In this document: positions 56,136 to 64,000 of the stretch, in pieces
Numbering within the stretch: position 1 is the first letter of the stretch
Layout: every line of letters starts with the position of its first letter
Assembly (NCBI RefSeq): GCF_009914755.1
Contig: NC_060948.1
Strand: one strand, 5' to 3'
DNA length: 64,000 bases
Origin: the human T2T-CHM13v2.0 reference genome, Homo sapiens
Position numbers and translations under genes: made by a program
Notes under the pieces: model-generated
What the model saw: only the letters and a program-made list of their open reading frames with translations
The model's database searches: none
Told to the model about the DNA's origin: nothing

Positions 56136-59100
56136 TCAATAGGAATGAAATAGAATGGAATTCAATATAAGGGAATGGCATCCAATGGCAAGGAATGGAG
56201 TGGACTCCAATGGAAACAACATGAAAGGAATATAATATAATGGAATGGCATTGAACGAAATGGAAAGCAATGGAGTTAAAAGGTAAGATATCGAATGGAA
56301 AAGAATTGAATGGACTCGAATGGAATATAACGGAATGGAATGGACTCGAATGGAATGTACTAGAGTTGAATGGAATCGAATGGAATGGAAAACAGTGGAA
56401 AGGAAAGGAAGGGAATTGAAAGGAAAGGAATAGAATGGAATGGAATCGGATAGAATGGAATTGAATGGAATGGAAACTAAAGGAATAGAATAGAAAGGAA
56501 TGGCATTGAATGGAATGGAATGGAATGGAATCAGATGGAACAGAAAGGAATGGAATAGAATCGAATGGTATGGCATCGAATGGATTGGAATGGAAAGGAA
56601 TGGAATGAACTCGAATGGAATGTACTCAAATGGAATAGAATAGAATGGAATGGAAGTAAATATAATGGACTCGAATGGAATGGATTGGAATAAATTGGAA
56701 TTGAATGTATTGGATTCGATTGGAAAGGAATGGAATGGAATGGAATGGATTCGAATGGAATGGAATCGAATGGAATGGAACGAATTGGAATGTAATTGAA
56801 TGGCGTCGAAAACAGTAGAAAGAAATGAAGTTTAATCGAATGATATCGAATGGAATTGAATGGAATGTACGCGAATGGAATGGACTGGAATGGAATGGAC
56901 TCTATGGGAATGAAGACGAGTGGAGTGGACTCGAATGTCATGGAGACGATTGGAATGGAAAGGAATGCAAAGGAATGGAATGGAATGGAATCTGATGCAT
57001 CGCAATGGAATGGAATGGGGTCGAATGGAATAGAATCGAAAGGAATGGCATCCAATGGAATGGAAACGAATTGAATGGAATGGCATGGAATGGAATGGAA
57101 AGGAATATAATGGAAAGGAATCGGATGGAACGGAATGGAATGTAATGGAGTCGAATGGAATAGAATCTAATAGAATTGCATTGATAGGAATGGAATCGAA
57201 CGGACTCGAAAGGATTGGAGCCTAACAGAAGAGAATCGAACAGAATAGCATCAAATGGAATGGAAATGAATGGAATGGAATGGAATGGAATGGACACACA
57301 TGTAATGGACTTGAATGGAATGGAATCAAATAGAATGGACGCGAATGGAATGGTCTCGAATGGAATTTATGAAAATAGAATGGAATCGAAATTCATTGAA
57401 CATTATGGAATGGAATCAAATGGAATGAAATCGAATGGAAGGAACCGGAATGGAATGTACTGGAATAGAACGGACTCGAATGTTACGGAAAGAAAAGTAA
57501 GTGATTCGGATGTCTTTTAATTGAATGGAATGAAATCAAATGGAATGGAAAGGAATAAAATGGAATGGAATGAAATAGAATGCAATAGAATGGAAGGGAG
57601 TGGAGTCGAGTTGAATGGAATCGAATTGAATGGAATAGAATGGAATAGAATCAAATGGAATGGATTCGAATGCAATGGAACCGAATGGAATGGACTGGAA
57701 CATAATGGAATCGAAAGGAATGGAAAGGAATTGAATGCAATGGAAAGCAATGGAATCGAATGTAATGGAGTCGTATGTAGTGGAGTCGAATGGAATGGAA
57801 TCAAATGGAAGGAAAAGAATACAATCGAATGGAATAGAATAGAATGCAACAGAATGAAACGGAGTGGAATCGAGTGGGATGGAATAGAATTGAATGGAAT
57901 GGAAAGGAATGGAATCGAATGGAATGGAACCGAATGGAATGGAATGGAACAAAATGGAATTGAACAGATTAGAATCGAATGGATCCGAATCGAATGGAAT
58001 GGAATATAATGGAATGGAATGGAATGGAATGGAATGGAATGGAATGGAATGGAATGGACCCAAAGGTAATGAACTCTAATGAAATGGACTTTAATAGAAT
58101 GGATTAGAAAACAATGGGCTCGAATGGAATTTAATCAAGTCGAATTTAATGGAATGGAATGGAATGCAAAACTATGGAATAGCATCAAATGGAATGGAAC
58201 AGAATAGAGTGGAATGGAATGGAATACACAGGTATAGAACAGACTCGAATGTAATGGATTGCAATGTAAGTGATTCAAAGGGAATGGAATCAAATGGAAT
58301 ATAATCAAATGGAATGGAATGGAGTGCATTGGAATGGAATAAAATGGAATGCAAACAATGGTACAGAACTCATTTGAATGTAGAGGAATGGAATCGAATG
58401 CAATGGAAAAGAATGGAATGGACACGAATGGAATGGATTGGAAACAAATGGAATGGAAAGGATTTTAATCATACAGAACAAAATAGAATGCAATGGACTC
58501 GAATGAAATGGAGTCGAAGAGAATAGTATCAAATGGAAAGGAATGGAATGCAATCGAATCGAATGGAATGTTAATGAAATTAATTGAAAGGAATAGAATG
58601 GAATGAAGTGTAAAGGAAAGATATCGAATTGAATGGAATTGAATGGAATGGACACAAACGGAATGGACTGGAATGGAATGAACTCGAAAGGAATGGAATG
58701 GAGCGGAACGGACTCGAGTGCAATGGAATCGAATGGTATAGAATAGAATGGAATGGAATGGAAAGGAATAGAAGGGAATGGAATCGGATCCAACGGGACA
58801 GATTGGAATGGGGTAGAATTGAATAGAATCGAATGGAATGGCATCGAATGTAATGGAATGGAATGGACTCGAATGGAATGGAGTGACATGTAATGGAATC
58901 GAAAGGAATGGAATCGAATGAAATGGAATTGAATGGAATAGAAAGGAATAGAATGGAATGGAGTTTAATGGAAAGATATTAAAAGTAATGGAATGGAATT
59001 GAGTGGACACGAATGGAATGGACTGGAATGGAAAGGACTCGAATGAAATGGAGCGCATTAGAATGGACTCGAATGGAATGGATTGGAGTGGAATGGTCTC

Positions 59101-59946
59101 GAATGGATTGGAAACGAATGGAATGGAAAGGAGTAGAATGGAATGTAATCAAATGGAACGAAATGGAATGGAATGGATTCGACTGGAACAGAATTGAATG
59201 GAGTGGAATTGATTGGAATGGAATGCAATCGAATGGAATGAACACGAATGGAATAGAATGAAATGAAATGGCATAGAATGGAATGGAATGGAATGGAATG
59301 GAATGGAATGGAATGGAATGGAATGGAATGGCATGGAATGTGATGGAATGGAATGAAATTGATTGGAATGGGATGGGCCCAAAAGTAAAGGACTCAAATA
59401 AAAGGGACTCAAATAGAATGAATTGGAAAGAAACGGTCTCGAATGTAATTCATTCGAATGGAATGATATTGAATGGAATGCAATAGTATGGAATGGTATC
59501 GAATAGAATGGAATAGAATGGAATGGAATGGAACGGAATGGAGTGCATTTGAACGGACTCAAATGCAATAAATTGCAATATAATTGATTCAAATGGAATG
59601 GAATCGAATAGAATGTAAACAAACGGAATGGAAGGCAATGCAATGGAAAGGAATCGAATGAAATGGACCCGAGTGGAATGGACTCACGTAGAACAGCCTT
59701 GAATGTAATGGATGACAATGTATTAGATTCGAAAGGACTGAAATCGAATGGAATGTAATCAAATAGAACGGAATTGAATGCATGGAATGGCATAGAAAGT
59801 AATGCAATGGAATGGAATAGACTGGAATGGAATGGAATCGGATGGAATGTAATGAAATGTAATGGAAGGAATGCCATGGAATGGAATGGAATGGAATGCA
59901 ATGGGCCGGTGTATAATGGAGTGCAATGGAATTCAGTGGAATGTAG
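56136..59946 (+). repeat. Higher-order unit U16, 3811 bp (variant type)
   Basis: Anchor spacing. Tract A -4, tract C +5, tract B region -1. Confidence 0.92.
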
Positions 59947-62900
59947 TCAATAGGAATGAAATAGAATGGAATTCAATATAAGGGAATGGCATCCAATGGC
60001 AAGGAATGGAGTGGACTCCAATGGAAACAACATGAAAGGAATATAATATAATGGAATGGCATTGAACGAAATGGAAAGCAATGGAGTTAAAAGGTAAGAT
60101 ATCGAATGGAAAAGAATTGAATGGACTCGAATGGAATATAACGGAATGGAATGGACTCGAATGGAATGTACTAGAGTTGAATGGAATCGAATGGAATGGA
60201 AAACAGTGGAAAGGAAAGGAAGGGAATTGAAAGGAAAGGAATAGAATGGAATGGAATCGGATAGAATGGAATTGAATGGAATGGAAACTAAAGGAATAGA
60301 ATAGAAAGGAATGGCATTGAATGGAATGGAATGGAATGGAATCAGATGGAACAGAAAGGAATGGAATAGAATCGAATGGTATGGCATCGAATGGATTGGA
60401 ATGGAAAGGAATGGAATGAACTCGAATGGAATGTACTCAAATGGAATAGAATAGAATGGAATGGAAGTAAATATAATGGACTCGAATGGAATGGATTGGA
60501 ATAAATTGGAATTGAATGTATTGGATTCGATTGGAAAGGAATGGAATGGAATGGAATGGATTCGAATGGAATGGAATCGAATGGAATGGAACGAATTGGA
60601 ATGTAATTGAATGGCGTCGAAAACAGTAGAAAGAAATGAAGTTTAATCGAATGATATCGAATGGAATTGAATGGAATGTACGCGAATGGAATGGACTGGA
60701 ATGGAATGGACTCTATGGGAATGAAGAGGAGTGGAGTGGACTCGAATGTCATGGAGACGATTGGAATGGAAAGGAATGCAAAGGAATGGAATGGAATGGA
60801 ATCTGATGCATCGCAATGGAATGGAATGGGGTCGAATGGAATAGAATCGAAAGGAATGGCATCCAATGGAATGGAAACGAATTGAATGGAATGGCATGGA
60901 ATGGAATGGAAAGGAATATAATGGAAAGGAATCGGATGGAACGGAATGGAATGTAATGGAGTCGAATGGAATAGAATCTAATAGAATTGCATTGATAGGA
61001 ATGGAATCGAACGGACTCGAAAGGATTGGAGCCTAACAGAAGAGAATCGAACAGAATAGCATCAAATGGAATGGAAATGAATGGAATGGAATGGAATGGA
61101 ATGGAATGGAATGGAATGGAATGGACACACATGTAATGGACTTGAATGGAATGGAATCAAATAGAATGGACGCGAATGGAATGGTCTCGAATGGAATTTA
61201 TGAAAATAGAATGGAATCGAAATTCATTGAACATTATGGAATGGAATCAAATGGAATGAAATCGAATGGAAGGAACCGGAATGGAATGTACTGGAATAGA
61301 ACGGACTCGAATGTTACGGAAAGAAAAGTAAGTGATTCGGATGTCTTTTAATTGAATGGAATGAAATCAAATGGAATGGAAAGGAATAAAATGGAATGGA
61401 ATGAAATAGAATGCAATAGAATGGAAGGGAGTGGAGTCGAGTTGAATGGAATCGAATTGAATGGAATAGAATGGAATAGAATCAAATGGAATGGATTCGA
61501 ATGCAATGGAACCGAATGGAATGGACTGGAACATAATGGAATCGAAAGGAATGGAAAGGAATTGAATGCAATGGAAAGCAATGGAATCGAATGTAATGGA
61601 GTCGTATGTAGTGGAGTCGAATGGAATGGAATCAAATGGAAGGAAAAGAATACAATCGAATGGAATAGAATAGAATGCAACAGAATGAAACGGAGTGGAA
61701 TCGAGTGGGATGGAATAGAATTGAATGGAATGGAAAGGAATGGAATCGAATGGAATGGAACCGAATGGAATGGAATGGAACAAAATGGAATTGAACAGAT
61801 TAGAATCGAATGGATCCGAATCGAATGGAATGGAATATAATGGAATGGAATGGAATGGAATGGAATGGAATGGAATGGAATGGAATGGACCCAAAGGTAA
61901 TGAACTCTAATGAAATGGACTTTAATAGAATGGATTAGAAAACAATGGGCTCGAATGGAATTTAATCAAGTCGAATTTAATGGAATGGAATGGAATGCAA
62001 AACTATGGAATAGCATCAAATGGAATGGAACAGAATAGAGTGGAATGGAATGGAATACACAGGTATAGAACAGACTCGAATGTAATGGATTGCAATGTAA
62101 GTGATTCAAAGGGAATGGAATCAAATGGAATATAATCAAATGGAATGGAATGGAGTGCATTGGAATGGAATAAAATGGAATGCAAACAATGGTACAGAAC
62201 TCATTTGAATGTAGAGGAATGGAATCGAATGCAATGGAAAAGAATGGAATGGACACGAATGGAATGGATTGGAAACAAATGGAATGGAAAGGATTTTAAT
62301 CATACAGAACAAAATAGAATGCAATGGACTCGAATGAAATGGAGTCGAAGAGAATAGTATCAAATGGAAAGGAATGGAATGCAATCGAATCGAATGGAAT
62401 GTTAATGAAATTAATTGAAAGGAATAGAATGGAATGAAGTGTAAAGGAAAGATATCGAATTGAATGGAATTGAATGGAATGGACACAAACGGAATGGACT
62501 GGAATGGAATGAACTCGAAAGGAATGGAATGGAGCGGAACGGACTCGAGTGCAATGGAATCGAATGGTATAGAATAGAATGGAATGGAATGGAAAGGAAT
62601 AGAAGGGAATGGAATCGGATCCAACGGGACAGATTGGAATGGGGTAGAATTGAATAGAATCGAATGGAATGGCATCGAATGTAATGGAATGGAATGGACT
62701 CGAATGGAATGGAGTGACATGTAATGGAATCGAAAGGAATGGAATCGAATGAAATGGAATTGAATGGAATAGAAAGGAATAGAATGGAATGGAGTTTAAT
62801 GGAAAGATATTAAAAGTAATGGAATGGAATTGAGTGGACACGAATGGAATGGACTGGAATGGAAAGGACTCGAATGAAATGGAGCGCATTAGAATGGACT

Positions 62901-63787
62901 CGAATGGAATGGATTGGAGTGGAATGGTCTCGAATGGATTGGAAACGAATGGAATGGAAAGGAGTAGAATGGAATGTAATCAAATGGAACGAAATGGAAT
63001 GGAATGGATTCGACTGGAACAGAATTGAATGGAGTGGAATTGATTGGAATGGAATGCAATCGAATGGAATGAACACGAATGGAATAGAATGAAATGAAAT
63101 GGCATAGAATGGAATGGAATGGAATGGAATGGAATGGAATGGAATGGAATGGAAGGGAATGCAATGGCATGGCATGGAATGTGATGGAATGGAATGAAAT
63201 TGATTGGAATGGGATGGGCCCAAAAGTAAAGGACTCAAATAAAAGGGACTCAAATAGAATGAATTGGAAAGAAACGGTCTCGAATGTAATTCATTCGAAT
63301 GGAATGATATTGAATGGAATGCAATAGTATGGAATGGTATCGAATAGAATGGAATAGAATGGAATGGAATGGAACGGAATGGAGTGCATTTGAACGGACT
63401 CAAATGCAATAAATTGCAATATAATTGATTCAAATGGAATGGAATCGAATAGAATGTAAACAAACGGAATGGAAGGCAATGCAATGGAAAGGAATCGAAT
63501 GAAATGGACCCGAGTGGAATGGACTCACATAGAACAGCCTTGAATGTAATGGATGACAATGTATTAGATTCGAAAGGACTGAAATCGAATGGAATGTAAT
63601 CAAATAGAACGGAATTGAATGCATGGAATGGCATAGAAAGTAATGCAATGGAATGGAATAGACTGGAATGGAATGGAATCGGATGGAATGTAATGACATG
63701 TAATGGAAGGAATGCCATGGAATGGAATGGAATGGAATGCAATGGGCCGTTGTATAATGGAGTGCAATGGAATTCAGTGGAATGTAG
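59947..63787 (+). repeat. Higher-order unit U17, 3841 bp (variant type)
   Basis: Anchor spacing. Tract C +5; tract B +1 and interrupted. Confidence 0.92.
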
Positions 63788-64000
63788 TCAATAGGAATGA
63801 AATAGAATGGAATTCAATATAAGGGAATGGCATCCAATGGCAAGGAATGGAGTGGACTACAATGGAAACAACATGAAAGTAATATAATATAATGGAATGG
63901 CATTGAACGAAATGGAAAGCAATGGAGTTAAAAGGTAAGATATCGAATGGAAAAGAATTGAATGGACTCGAATGGAATATAACGGAATGGAATGGACTCG
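63788..64000 (+). repeat. Partial higher-order unit U18
   Basis: Matches 289-501 with two substitutions (63859, 63880). Confidence 0.9.

Larger units (their letters stand above)
1..64000 (+). repeat. Satellite III (HSat3-class) (GGAAT)n array with ~3.81 kb higher-order repeat
   Basis: GGAAT/GAATG dominates every line, with diverged pentamers (GAATC, GACTC, GAATA, GAAAG, CAATG). The purine-rich strand is + throughout. Unique motifs and the whole ORF set recur at 289, 4100, 7911, 11722, 15548, 19364, 23180, 26991, 30812, 34633, 38439, 42235, 46046, 49852, 53698, 56136, 59947 and 63788. The family call rests on established knowledge of (CATTC)n satellites. Confidence 0.96.

Noticed and set aside
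289-63742. Hundreds of ORFs up to 310 aa (MEWNG-rich on +, FHSIP-rich on -)
   Set aside because: These are direct translations of (GGAAT)n, which has no stop codon in any frame. They overlap in several frames on both strands, have no recognisable domain, and are frameshifted freely by 5-bp indels between units.
1-64000. CRISPR-like repeat/spacer array
   Set aside because: There are no unique spacers and no cas genes. The intervening sequence is itself diverged pentamer and repeats every 3.8 kb.
1-64000. HSat2, telomeric or alpha-satellite identity
   Set aside because: No CATCAT/ATGATG-type ~26-bp HSat2 unit, no TTAGGG runs and no 171-bp monomer. Simple GGAAT runs dominate.
1-64000. Inversions or transposon (Alu/L1) insertions
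   Set aside because: No ATTCC-strand segment, poly(A) tail or non-satellite sequence was seen anywhere.

Overview
The whole 64 kb window is one uninterrupted, single-orientation array of GGAAT/ATTCC pentamer satellite of the Satellite III (HSat3) class known from human and great-ape heterochromatin. It is organised as a near-identical ~3.81 kb higher-order repeat. Anchoring on the unique TGTAGTCAATAGG motif (T at 289) gives 16 full units of 3796-3846 bp, one internally deleted unit of 2438 bp, and two partial units at the edges. I see no credible gene, RNA gene, transposon or CRISPR array; all ORFs are the expected translations of a 5-bp repeat. I do not see a new protein- or RNA-coding system. 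The interesting signal is structural: four fixed 1-bp register slips per unit, older ~250-bp and ~80-bp modules nested in the unit, three hypervariable pure GAATG tracts, a microhomology-bounded ~1.37 kb deletion, a variant unit type in the right-hand part, and SNP patterns suggesting inter-unit recombination and CpG decay. Species and chromosome cannot be fixed from the sequence alone. Variant calls were made by eye, helped by the ORF track.
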